The notes beneath the pieces are model-generated. The model had not been told where the DNA came from. It ran no database searches and was given only the letters and a program-made list of their open reading frames with translations. Below, in pieces: positions 9,931 to 17,947 of a stretch of 20,000 nucleotides of DNA (the stretch's first letter is position 1; the number at the start of each line of letters is the position of its first letter). Location: the IMG/VR virus record IMGVR_UViG_3300021197_001844, one strand, 5' to 3'. The translations under genes were made by a program, and so were the position numbers. The DNA comes from an uncultured virus (IMG/VR IMGVR_UViG_3300021197_001844) (taxonomy: Duplodnaviria > Heunggongvirae > Uroviricota > Caudoviricetes).

Positions 9931-11310
9931 TTAATATTTTATTGGTGAGAAATCGGCTCTCACTCTGGGTGTAACTATGGGGTATTTCTTTTGCACGATA
10001 GCCATTCTTCCGCCAGCGTGCCTTGGGCTACGGTGCGTAAATACATATTTGTCCATAAGGGCCTCAGGATCTCCAGACCATCTACTCTTGCCACGGCCAA
10101 TATGGCCATTACTATTAATTATACCCAATGCAATTGCGGCATTTCTCATGTTCATTGGCCAGCCGCACCTCTTCATTTCTGTGATCGCTTTTTTAACATG
10201 TTTTAAAAACCATGTTCTCCTTTGAACCTCGACCATTTTTGCTCTTCTTTCTTCGCCACCATTAAATTCGCTAACAAATCTTTTCACACCATTGCTATAC
10301 CATGCCAATTTTTTTTTGCAGTCGGTGTATACTAAACTCGGATCGTCCTCGCCCTTTACCTGAGATCCGTATCTTTTTTTATTCATAGTGCATCGCTTTA
10401 CATGTTTCTTAATATATCTGATGGTCTTTCCATCAAACCACTTCTCGACTGTTTTTTTTCCATAGTCTTTCACCATTTCGTTGATAAGTCTCTTTATAGA
10501 GCCACCAGCCCAATGGGCAACACCAATATTGCCACCGTCAGCAGCACAGAAATCATAATATTTTTTACCAGATTTGCAGGCTTTACCCTCGAAAGGGTAA
10601 CCTTCAGCAATTACTACTTCGAGAATTTCTAGCCACCATTTTCTTTTAGCAGGGTCGTTAGACGAGGCCAGTGTCATAGTTGAGGAATCATAATGCGTCC
10701 GTGCACGGACGTATTTGCCGGCTTTTATATTTTTAACGGCTTTTCCTCCAAAGTTAGTACTTATGCTTCTGAAAACGTTACTGGAAGTATTTGAAATTAC
10801 TTGCACTTCTCCGCCATGAGAAGACAGAAAATAGACGCCATGTCTCTGAGTCACATCGATAATCGAGCCAAAACCCAGACTTGAATAATGTTTGTGTTCT
10901 GCTTCAGTATAGATAGAGGGCATTCTGCTTATTCTGTATGCTCTTTCTGCTTCTGTTATTCCGGACTCTAGGGGACTACGGCCATATAAAGCAGAAAAAG
11001 CGATACCGATATCGGTATCGTATAGTCCTTCCTCGATTGTGAATTTAAATTTCCACCTTGATACACCGTCACCGAAGTCTACTAATTCAGCATCATTGAT
11101 GATATATCCGCTGTCTGTAGGACTAATTTTGCCTAACTGTTTACCGCTTAATATAATTCCTTTAAACACTTTTCTAGATTTTAAAGGCGACAGTAGGTTA
11201 CTTTCAGCACTATTGTTAATATTATTCATCATTCTATCATAATATTGGTCTTTGTTGCTGAAAAACGGATTAACATGACCACTAAAGTGGTTTTTTTTAT
11301 AGTTAGACAT
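9931..11310 (-). CDS. Paralog A: shared N-terminal domain plus a putative lysozyme-superfamily glycosidase domain, 459 aa
   Basis: The N-terminus aligns with paralogs B and C. The C-terminus has ...PFEG...YYDF..ADGGNIGVAHWAGGSIKRLINEM ... VQ ... AAIALGIINSNG, reminiscent of lysozyme-like folds (E...DG.sIG.xQW..GSL..LL..M). The family is uncertain. Confidence 0.6.
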   Translation of the reverse strand: MSNYKKNHFSGHVNPFFSNKDQYYDRMMNNINNSAESNLLSPLKSRKVFKGIILSGKQLGKISPTDSGYIINDAELVDFGDGVSRWKFKFTIEEGLYDTDIGIAFSALYGRSPLESGITEAERAYRISRMPSIYTEAEHKHYSSLGFGSIIDVTQRHGVYFLSSHGGEVQVISNTSSNVFRSISTNFGGKAVKNIKAGKYVRARTHYDSSTMTLASSNDPAKRKWWLEILEVVIAEGYPFEGKACKSGKKYYDFCAADGGNIGVAHWAGGSIKRLINEMVKDYGKKTVEKWFDGKTIRYIKKHVKRCTMNKKRYGSQVKGEDDPSLVYTDCKKKLAWYSNGVKRFVSEFNGGEERRAKMVEVQRRTWFLKHVKKAITEMKRCGWPMNMRNAAIALGIINSNGHIGRGKSRWSGDPEALMDKYVFTHRSPRHAGGRMAIVQKKYPIVTPRVRADFSPIKY

Positions 11311-11597
11311 TATTCGTCGTCCTCTGAAATCATTTCAAAGATGCTTTTCATCTCTTCATTTGATAGCCCGCTCTCTTTCTCATTTTTTGACATCATGCCA
11401 ACAACTTTTACAAGTTGCTCATTAGAACGCTGTAGTGTCTCGACGTATTTTGCCATAACTATGCCGATTTCTCTATGTCGAGATTCATCTTTAGAAAGCC
11501 ACTTTATTGCATCTTGCAGTAACTCTTCAGTGACCTCACGGTCTTTTCTAATGTTCTCAACCACTTCATCAATATAATTATTTGTTTTTTTGCTCAT
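11310..11597 (-). CDS. Small helical hypothetical protein, 95 aa, translationally coupled to paralog A
   Basis: Clean ORF with amphipathic helices (AKYVETLQRSNEQLVKVVGMM). Its stop overlaps the next ATG (TAATG at 11308-11312). Confidence 0.75.
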   Translation of the reverse strand: MSKKTNNYIDEVVENIRKDREVTEELLQDAIKWLSKDESRHREIGIVMAKYVETLQRSNEQLVKVVGMMSKNEKESGLSNEEMKSIFEMISEDDE

Positions 11598-11614
11598 GTT
11601 TTAATTAGAGTAGT
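11598..11614 (-). promoter_or_regulatory. Candidate late-promoter-like element (CTAATTA) in the short spacer between the sigma gene and the structural block
   Basis: The minus strand reads ACTACTCTAATTAAAAC-ATG: no SD, and an AT-rich motif 4 nt before the start codon of the first gene of the structural module. Confidence 0.3.
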
Positions 11615-12301
11615 TCAAATTTTTCCATTATCCCAGTCCTCTTTAAACAGGCGGTATTTTTTTCTTATTTTATTTAATTGGGAAACCACTTGCTTGGTGT
11701 TCATGCCAGTTAGTTCCCTTAAATATAAGTAAATTGCCTTTTTATTAAAGATTTCTATCTCCTCAACAGATGACAAAAGAATCTTTACAGCCTCGAAGAC
11801 CTTTTTCTCGCTTTCCTTCATGTCGTCAGTCGACCAACTATCAATCTCTTGCCACAACTTAAGCCAGAAATCTCTGTTTTCTTCTTCGTTTTCCCACTCA
11901 TTATAGCAGACTATTTTATCCTCATCGACTTCTTTTAGGGCATCTTCATAATCAACTTCTCGTTTTGCTCTCTTGGAGGTCTGCTTTACCTTATGAATAA
12001 ACCAGTTCTTAGTAATCACACTAAAATAAGAAAAGGCTTTCGAGCCTTTGTTGGGGTCATACTTTTCAAGTATTGTCGTCAACCATACCTTGCATTCATC
12101 TCTTAATTCATCAATGTTGGGCAAGGTAGTAAATTTGTAAGTGAATACAATCTTATCAACCATTTGGTCAAACGCAGGGCGTAATAATCTAACATACAAA
12201 TCTGTTCTCAATTTGTTACAGGACGAACTACAATAATCAATTATTGCTTGTTCGTGTACCTGCGTAAAATACATTTTCTTTGTCGATGGGCGGCGTGGCA
12301 T
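11615..12301 (-). CDS. Phage RNA polymerase sigma factor, T4 gp55-like (probable late sigma)
   Basis: YFTQVHEQAIIDY ... LRDECKVWL..ILEKYDPNKGSKAFSYFSVITKNWFI resembles sigma region 2 (FDP.K...F.YF..I) of phage late sigmas. There is a C-terminal HTH-like segment (LYLRELTGMNTKQVVSQLNKIR). Start placed at ATG 12301, which has AAGGAG upstream, rather than the track's 12325. Confidence 0.75.
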   Translation of the reverse strand: MPRRPSTKKMYFTQVHEQAIIDYCSSSCNKLRTDLYVRLLRPAFDQMVDKIVFTYKFTTLPNIDELRDECKVWLTTILEKYDPNKGSKAFSYFSVITKNWFIHKVKQTSKRAKREVDYEDALKEVDEDKIVCYNEWENEEENRDFWLKLWQEIDSWSTDDMKESEKKVFEAVKILLSSVEEIEIFNKKAIYLYLRELTGMNTKQVVSQLNKIRKKYRLFKEDWDNGKI

Positions 12302-12632
12302 TTTCGGATTCTCCTTCTTCTTCATCTTCTTCTATTTCTTGAGGTGCTTCGAGTAAGCTAGATATTTCGGAGTACTCATTTAATATAGTCTTGAGACTCC
12401 TTGTATGATCAAGTAGAAATTTTATATCTTGATCTCCATAATATTGTTCTATTGAAAATATACCGGTGAGGTGTTTTTGGTAAGCCCCTATTAAACCGCT
12501 CAGGTCGCCTATATTTTCGTTTACATATGATAGCCTAGCTAATACCCTCCTAACATACCAAACAGTTAAAATATTAACTGTTATGGACACGGAAAGGCAC
12601 AAAATAAGCCAAAAAGTAAAGTTAACCGTCAT
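12237..12632 (-). CDS. Hypothetical membrane-anchored protein with acidic C-terminus, 131 aa
   Basis: N-terminal hydrophobic helix FWLILCLSVSITVNILTVWYV followed by RR, and an acidic tail EEDEEEGESE. Its 3' end overlaps the sigma gene. Confidence 0.7.
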   Translation of the reverse strand: MTVNFTFWLILCLSVSITVNILTVWYVRRVLARLSYVNENIGDLSGLIGAYQKHLTGIFSIEQYYGDQDIKFLLDHTRSLKTILNEYSEISSLLEAPQEIEEDEEEGESENATPPIDKENVFYAGTRTSNN

Positions 12633-12879
12633 ATGTCGTGCTCCTTGCTTCTTCTTTCATTTCTTTTAAAACTTGTCTGTTTTGTTCAATATAGTCTTTT
12701 GTGGTTGAGCCAACTTTTGCTTCTTTATCTTCTTTGTTAACCACAAAAGGCATCTGGGGCACCCTAACAAGGGTGCCCGTACTGCTGCATATTGTGCACC
12801 CTTCCTGCCTTTCAGACATACCATGCCTTACTTGGAAATGACCTCGACAAGTCTCGCACTTATACACATACCTAGGCAT
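12622..12879 (-). CDS. FmdB-family zinc-ribbon protein, 85 aa
   Basis: MPRYVYKCETC...F.V...MSE...CTIC matches the MPxYxYxCxxC...CxxC FmdB pattern. TAATG coupling with the upstream gene. Confidence 0.8.
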   Translation of the reverse strand: MPRYVYKCETCRGHFQVRHGMSERQEGCTICSSTGTLVRVPQMPFVVNKEDKEAKVGSTTKDYIEQNRQVLKEMKEEARSTTYDG

Positions 12880-13094
12880 TAAGAAGTAACAACCTTAGAC
12901 TGTTTAGCATCTGGTTGGTTATGACCAGCACTCGCCTTTACAACTGGTGGGTTTGTGATAACCAGTTCCCCTGTATCATCCACCTGAACCTTGAAGTTTC
13001 TTAAGACAGGAACAATATCAGTTTGCTCCATTAAAGATTTTTGAAGTGCCATCATTACGGCACCAACTGCTTGATTTGATAATTTATAATTCAT
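12879..13094 (-). CDS. Hypothetical protein, 71 aa
   Basis: AGGAG SD about 6 nt upstream of ATG 13094, and the stop overlaps the next ATG. Confidence 0.7.
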   Translation of the reverse strand: MNYKLSNQAVGAVMMALQKSLMEQTDIVPVLRNFKVQVDDTGELVITNPPVVKASAGHNQPDAKQSKVVTS

Positions 13095-13103
13095 TAGTAT
13101 CTC

Positions 13104-13445
13104 CTATCTGTTATAATCATCTTCTATACGAACAATATCATCTTCACCGAAATAGCTACCATGCTGAACCTCGATAAAGATCATCTTATCCTTTGTTTTA
13201 TTTTCAATTCTGTGCTTAACCCCTACTGGGATTTGCACTGTTTGGCCCTGTGTTATGTTCCACGACTTATCGTCGATAGTAATAAAGCCTGTCCCACTTA
13301 CAACGGTCCATACCTCAGATCTCTTGAGGTGATATTGGTAGCTTAGTCTTTGCTTCGGTTTTACCGTTATTCTCTTTACCTTACAATATTCAGCATCGAG
13401 AAGATTTTCAAACTCGCCCCATGGCCGTTGCTCTTTATAATTCAC
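13104..13445 (-). CDS. Cupin, mannose-6-phosphate isomerase type II C-terminal-like, 113 aa
   Basis: RPWG, KVKRITVKP..RLSYQYH..RSEVW.VV.G, IPVGVKHRIEN, FIEVQHGSYFGEDDIVRIEDDY are hallmark ManC/PMI cupin motifs. GTG start. Confidence 0.9.
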   Translation of the reverse strand: MNYKEQRPWGEFENLLDAEYCKVKRITVKPKQRLSYQYHLKRSEVWTVVSGTGFITIDDKSWNITQGQTVQIPVGVKHRIENKTKDKMIFIEVQHGSYFGEDDIVRIEDDYNR

Positions 13446-14277
13446 GTATCTTCCTTTGTATGTAGTCTTTTAAATTATATCTTGGTCTCCAGCCAACCAT
13501 CTCAGTAGTCCTAGAAATATCTGCCTTGGTTTCTCTAGACTCGCCCGGTCTGGCTGATAGGTGTACCTTTTCACACTCGAACATTTCAACCAACTCATTT
13601 ATAGAGTAATTCTCGCCGGTTCCTAAATTAAATACTTCGCCGTGCCATTTTCTTTCGGATAGCTTGATAAGCCCTTCGCATATGTCATAAACGTGCGTAA
13701 AGTCCCTTTTTTGCTCTCCATCGCCAACCACGGTAAGAGGCTTACCCTCTCGCTTAAGTTGCTCAAATTTGGCTATTATGGGCGTGTATTCACCAATTAA
13801 TGGGTTGCGTGGACCATAAACATTAAAGAACCTTGCGGTAACAGTGGAGACCCCATACACCTTAAAATACATCTCGCACATTTCCTCTGATATTTTTTTT
13901 GAGAATGTGTATGGATTCATAAAGCGACCTCCATAACATGACGAAGAGCCTGCGTATATTATTTTACAATTGTGCTTTCTAGCCCACTCACATACTGCTG
14001 CTGTGCCATTTATATTGGCTTGTTGCCACCTCAAAGGTCTTTCAAAGCTTGGCTGTATTCTTGCTTCTGCTGCGAGGTGGAAGATAGCGTCTATCTTTAT
14101 ATCTGATTTGAATGACATGATATTCTGTATATCGATGTGGTGAGTCACAGCGGTAGGGTGCAAGTACTTACCGGACGACATATCATCGATAATAATAACC
14201 TTATGGCCTTGGTCGACCAATAAGTCAACTAAGTTACTGCCTACAAAGCCACAACCACCTGTTACAATATAGTTCAT
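13435..14277 (-). CDS. NAD-dependent nucleotide-sugar epimerase/dehydratase (extended SDR)
   Basis: VTGGCGFVGS (GxxGxxG), FHLAA, YAGSSS, YTFSK (YxxxK), RFFNVYGP, GDGEQKRDFTHV. Start at ATG 14277 with AGGAG upstream. Confidence 0.93.
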   Translation of the reverse strand: MNYIVTGGCGFVGSNLVDLLVDQGHKVIIIDDMSSGKYLHPTAVTHHIDIQNIMSFKSDIKIDAIFHLAAEARIQPSFERPLRWQQANINGTAAVCEWARKHNCKIIYAGSSSCYGGRFMNPYTFSKKISEEMCEMYFKVYGVSTVTARFFNVYGPRNPLIGEYTPIIAKFEQLKREGKPLTVVGDGEQKRDFTHVYDICEGLIKLSERKWHGEVFNLGTGENYSINELVEMFECEKVHLSARPGESRETKADISRTTEMVGWRPRYNLKDYIQRKIREL

Positions 14278-14284
14278 GAGTCTC

Positions 14285-14581
14285 CTATCCAAAAAATCTA
14301 TCTGTGCTTATGTTTTTATCATCGATAAATAAATCATAAATGGGCTTACCAAACTTCAAGTCGTGGTACTTAACTCCCCATTTTTTAAACTGAGCTTCTG
14401 TTGTTTCCCGCCAATCAATACCAGACCCGGTGCCTCTGGCTGTCCAGTATATAATTGTGTTTCCAGCCTCGTAAAGGTCATTTATCTTGGCTATGTTTGA
14501 CGTCAGTGGCACTGCTAAAGAGTAGTCTCTTGACTCTGGTGACCTGCATATTGTTTCGTCAATATCTACGTATATTAACAT
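14285..14581 (-). CDS. Small HAD-superfamily phosphatase (capsule-biosynthesis phosphatase-like), 98 aa
   Basis: VDIDETI (DxD), IIYWTARG, GKP.YDLFIDDK motifs. Confidence 0.85.
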   Translation of the reverse strand: MLIYVDIDETICRSPESRDYSLAVPLTSNIAKINDLYEAGNTIIYWTARGTGSGIDWRETTEAQFKKWGVKYHDLKFGKPIYDLFIDDKNISTDRFFG

Positions 14582-15378
14582 TATTCACCCACTATTAAGC
14601 TTTTTACTTGTTTGTTTGCAATTTTGCTGTATTCATTCTCATATTCAAAATTTAACTCGATATCATTGTCTACCATATATTTATCGATAAGAGTAATATT
14701 CTTTTTAAAGTTCTTCAAGAACCTCTTGTCTTGGTCATGTGATACCCATGGTGGTTGGGTTTGCCCATTGTCTACGTACCGACCTACCGCTTTGTTGTTT
14801 CTTGGCATATCCCCAAAACCTAAACATTTTATTTCTTCAATATTATCAAAATAATAAAACACTAACGGAAGTAAGAACGAAGTTAATTTGTCAGTATCTT
14901 TTCCAGTATCAGATAATATATAAAATGAATTAGAAAAATTTATCTTCTGTTTTATAGTGTTGGTATCTATTGCTGCTGGTCGGATTTTTATTGTTTTTTT
15001 AAAAATGTTTTTACTTATTTGTTTTTCATACTTATCCTTCAAAAATTTACTTTTTCGGTTGGCCTTATCACATGTCAGGCCTATTTTATAAAACTCACAT
15101 TTATCTTTATTAGTAAAAATATTCTCATACAAATCAGCTAATAAGAGAGAAGTGCCCTTGTTTATTTTGCAATTTGCAAATTTCTCCATTTGCCCAGAAT
15201 GCATTATCGATAATGGATCTAGAAACGAATAGTAATCAGGACTAAGATTGATATTTATAAACCGGTTTATTGCGCCACTCCAAGCAATTAATATATATCC
15301 CCTATTCTTTGCTTCTACAAAATACTCCTCACTATATTGTCCTATTTTATTTGTCGGCCCAACCAGCATTATTTTCAT
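14581..15378 (-). CDS. Hypothetical Rossmann-like protein, possibly Maf/sialyltransferase-related, 265 aa
   Basis: IMLVGPT ... LSPDYYSFLDP ... LTSFLLPLVFYYF..IEEIKCLGFGD loosely follows the GxGPS / PDY....D / EIxLxGxD layout of Maf and GT42-like proteins. ATGA and TAATG coupling on both sides. Confidence 0.5.
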   Translation of the reverse strand: MKIMLVGPTNKIGQYSEEYFVEAKNRGYILIAWSGAINRFININLSPDYYSFLDPLSIMHSGQMEKFANCKINKGTSLLLADLYENIFTNKDKCEFYKIGLTCDKANRKSKFLKDKYEKQISKNIFKKTIKIRPAAIDTNTIKQKINFSNSFYILSDTGKDTDKLTSFLLPLVFYYFDNIEEIKCLGFGDMPRNNKAVGRYVDNGQTQPPWVSHDQDKRFLKNFKKNITLIDKYMVDNDIELNFEYENEYSKIANKQVKSLIVGE

Positions 15379-16355
15379 AATAAATGTCCTTGTATTTGCT
15401 TAAAGCACGATGCCCAATCCACAAATCGAAATGTCTTGTCGTCAATATAAAACACTGCTCTTGGTTTTTCTGCTGTTACTTTGGAAACAAATTTCGCCAT
15501 ATTATGCTTTTTAAGCCACTCCCACACCAAGGTTATCCCAGTTTTGCCATTTACCAAGCCTCTATCTGGTTTTGCCTTACAAGTATAAATTACAATTGTA
15601 TATTTCTTTGATATGCGTTCAAGTGCCTCGTAAGATCCGTCTATAGGTTCATCATATATCGTACCATCATAATAACCTTTTGAATTTTTATGTATAACTC
15701 CATCAAAGTCTATACCAATATTAGTTTTTTCATCGGGATAGCTGTGTTTTCTTATTTTTCCACCTTTCCAATTTGTTTTCTCCAGTTCGTCCGGGGTGTT
15801 CATACCAATGGAAGGGCAAGCGTGACCTGACCCGTGAGTTAACTGATATTGCAATAGCAACGTTAAGCACTCTGCTGTGTGGTAATAATTTACACCCAGA
15901 ACCACCTGAGTTAGTCCTTTTATGTTATATTCAATTGGTTTTGCGGTTATTAAACATGTCAACATGCCATTGTCAGATGCCCATTGCAAAGCTTTTAAGA
16001 CATCTATTGACTTGCCCGAAGACGATATGCCATATACTAAAGACTTTTTCATTTGAGTTCTTGTTCTTGTAGAGGTTCTTTGCTGTAGCCAAGACACCAT
16101 CCATTGCTCGAAACTAGTATCATTTATCAAAGATGTGGCCACTACGCAACTACCGGGGCACATTGCATTTTTAGTACCGTTTGAGAGTCTAGTCATGTCA
16201 ACAGCAGTGTGATCAGCAACACCCATATTACCGCCATGCCCGAGTACATATATATCATGACACGCATTATACTTGCTTTGAAGCTCTTTCCATTGCTCAG
16301 ACTGAACAATTTCTGTGAACTTTCCTCCAATATTTTCAAAATCAATCACTATCAC
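15375..16355 (-). CDS. SIS-domain (GmhA-like phosphosugar isomerase) fused to a HAD-family phosphatase, about 326 aa
   Basis: The N-part has IYVLGHGGNMGVADH and YGISSSGKSIDVLKALQWA (SIS/GmhA). The C-part has IGIDFDGVIH, IVIYTCK, VTAEKP.AVFYIDDK (HAD). GTG start at 16355, or the in-frame GTG at 16349, which is better spaced from AAGGAG. Confidence 0.85.
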   Translation of the reverse strand: MIVIDFENIGGKFTEIVQSEQWKELQSKYNACHDIYVLGHGGNMGVADHTAVDMTRLSNGTKNAMCPGSCVVATSLINDTSFEQWMVSWLQQRTSTRTRTQMKKSLVYGISSSGKSIDVLKALQWASDNGMLTCLITAKPIEYNIKGLTQVVLGVNYYHTAECLTLLLQYQLTHGSGHACPSIGMNTPDELEKTNWKGGKIRKHSYPDEKTNIGIDFDGVIHKNSKGYYDGTIYDEPIDGSYEALERISKKYTIVIYTCKAKPDRGLVNGKTGITLVWEWLKKHNMAKFVSKVTAEKPRAVFYIDDKTFRFVDWASCFKQIQGHLL

Positions 16356-16361
16356 TTCTCC

Positions 16362-17078
16362 TTATTCTGTTATAACCTTTAATTGCCACGCAGCATCTAC
16401 TTCCATCTGGTTATCCTGAACAAGTGCCCGACTCCTTTTCCCTACCCAAGGGAAAGGAAGCATACCGCTATCGCTCAAGATGGCCTCCCTTCTACAAGCC
16501 CAAAAGGAACCATTAAAAAAATAAATTTCGCCGGCGGCTTTTTTATCATTTATGTTTGCTTTCATTGTCTTGTTCCTTATTGTTGTTTGCTCAACAAAAG
16601 TTTTTAAAAAACGTTTTTCATCTATTTGGTATGCCCTAAGAGGATTAAACATATTGAATTCAGAAACACTTGAAACAGAATCTATGCTATCGTCTTCAAG
16701 TAAAATTTGAATTGCCTTATCCACATCTGTTGTATTTGCACCAAGACTATTGCCTAAAACAATCACTAATATGTCTACCTGTTCACCGGTTTCCTTTTCT
16801 ATTTGCTCCAAACCTTGCTTGATTGTTTTGTGGTGACACGCATCATCTCCGGCTAAATATTCTGGTCTTTCTATTATCTTATATTTAAATTTGTTTGAAT
16901 TTTCAATAATGTACTCATCATCAGTTGAAACAAATACTTCTTTGATGAATTTCGATTCCTTACAAAATAAAACATTGTGAAGAAACAGTGGTTTTCCGTT
17001 AATTTGCAAGATATTCTTTTTTTTAACTGTTTTACTTCCTTTTCTGGCTGTCTGTAGCGCATAGACTGTTTTGTTCAC
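16362..17078 (-). CDS. CMP-N-acylneuraminate synthetase-family cytidylyltransferase, 238 aa
   Basis: ARKGSKTVKKKNILQINGKPL, VFVSTDDE, ERPEYLAGD, FNGSFW, EVD motifs of NeuA/PseF/KdsB-type enzymes. Confidence 0.9.
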   Translation of the reverse strand: MNKTVYALQTARKGSKTVKKKNILQINGKPLFLHNVLFCKESKFIKEVFVSTDDEYIIENSNKFKYKIIERPEYLAGDDACHHKTIKQGLEQIEKETGEQVDILVIVLGNSLGANTTDVDKAIQILLEDDSIDSVSSVSEFNMFNPLRAYQIDEKRFLKTFVEQTTIRNKTMKANINDKKAAGEIYFFNGSFWACRREAILSDSGMLPFPWVGKRSRALVQDNQMEVDAAWQLKVITE

Positions 17079-17080
17079 TT

Positions 17081-17947
17081 TTAGCCCCTAGGGTTGTATA
17101 GGTATTCATGATAGTTCTCACCAAGCTTCTCAGTCAAAACCTTTGTTGATAAATTACAGGGATGGTTGTGCCCCAAATTTTTAAATTTTACCATTATTCC
17201 AATATCATGCAGCAAATAGTCCCACATAGCAAGATACTGTTGCTTATACAATGAAATTATTTGCATTTCATTTGATGTCTCTTCGATAGTCCCAATTGGG
17301 ACTTTTGAGGGCTCAAACACACTATTGTCATATTCATTCCTTTGCTTGATGGGTACATAACCATCCATCCCGACAAAATGAATTTCTTCAACACCCAATG
17401 AAATTGCTATACACGCTAACCTAGGAATGGAGCCTATTCTAGAATGGTATCGAGTAAGCGCCCAAAAAATTCTATCTTGATATGTGTTTTTTATATCAGC
17501 CATCTCGTGCACTTTTGTGTATTTGTTTTCAAAAGACACGATAGTGTTATTTCTGTTTAAATATTCCAAAAGTGCAATGTCGCTTAAGTTATTTTCATTC
17601 CCCAAAGTAACGAGATCAAGCTTTATATTTTTCACTTTTTCATTTTTATAAAAATGATTACAACTCCACACAAAATCATAGTCAGAGATATTATATGAGT
17701 TTTCATTTGTCGAAGGTCCGGCACCAATTATTAAAATTTTTGAATTTTCATATTTATTTAGAAAATCAAATTTTTGTATTGCTACATCCTTGCTTACTTT
17801 AAAATTTTGAAAGCCTAAATGTTTGATAGCGCCATTTAAAAACGGAGTGCCATGTTTTAGTAATTTAATAAAGTTTTTTCTTTCACACAAAAAGCTAGAA
17901 TTTTTGAAATTACCAGAATTTTGATTTATTTCCTTTACCCACTTCAT
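17081..17947 (-). CDS. Putative sialyltransferase-like protein (GT42 Cst-like/Maf-like fold), 288 aa
   Basis: ILIIGAGPS ... DFVWSCNHFY ... ACIAISLGVEEIHFVGMDGY parallels the Campylobacter Cst-II motifs IIAGNGPS / VFRCNQFY / AIALGYKEIYLSGIDFY. Confidence 0.65.
   Translation of the reverse strand: MKWVKEINQNSGNFKNSSFLCERKNFIKLLKHGTPFLNGAIKHLGFQNFKVSKDVAIQKFDFLNKYENSKILIIGAGPSTNENSYNISDYDFVWSCNHFYKNEKVKNIKLDLVTLGNENNLSDIALLEYLNRNNTIVSFENKYTKVHEMADIKNTYQDRIFWALTRYHSRIGSIPRLACIAISLGVEEIHFVGMDGYVPIKQRNEYDNSVFEPSKVPIGTIEETSNEMQIISLYKQQYLAMWDYLLHDIGIMVKFKNLGHNHPCNLSTKVLTEKLGENYHEYLYNPRG

Noticed and set aside
7541..11310. Possible diversity-generating retroelement or invertible cassette behind the variable C-termini
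   Set aside because: I saw no reverse transcriptase, recombinase, near-identical nucleotide repeats or inverted repeats. The paralogs are deeply diverged and each is a complete gene.
12237..12632. Holin or spanin assignment for the single-TM protein
   Set aside because: One N-terminal TM helix is not enough evidence, and no lipoprotein partner is evident.
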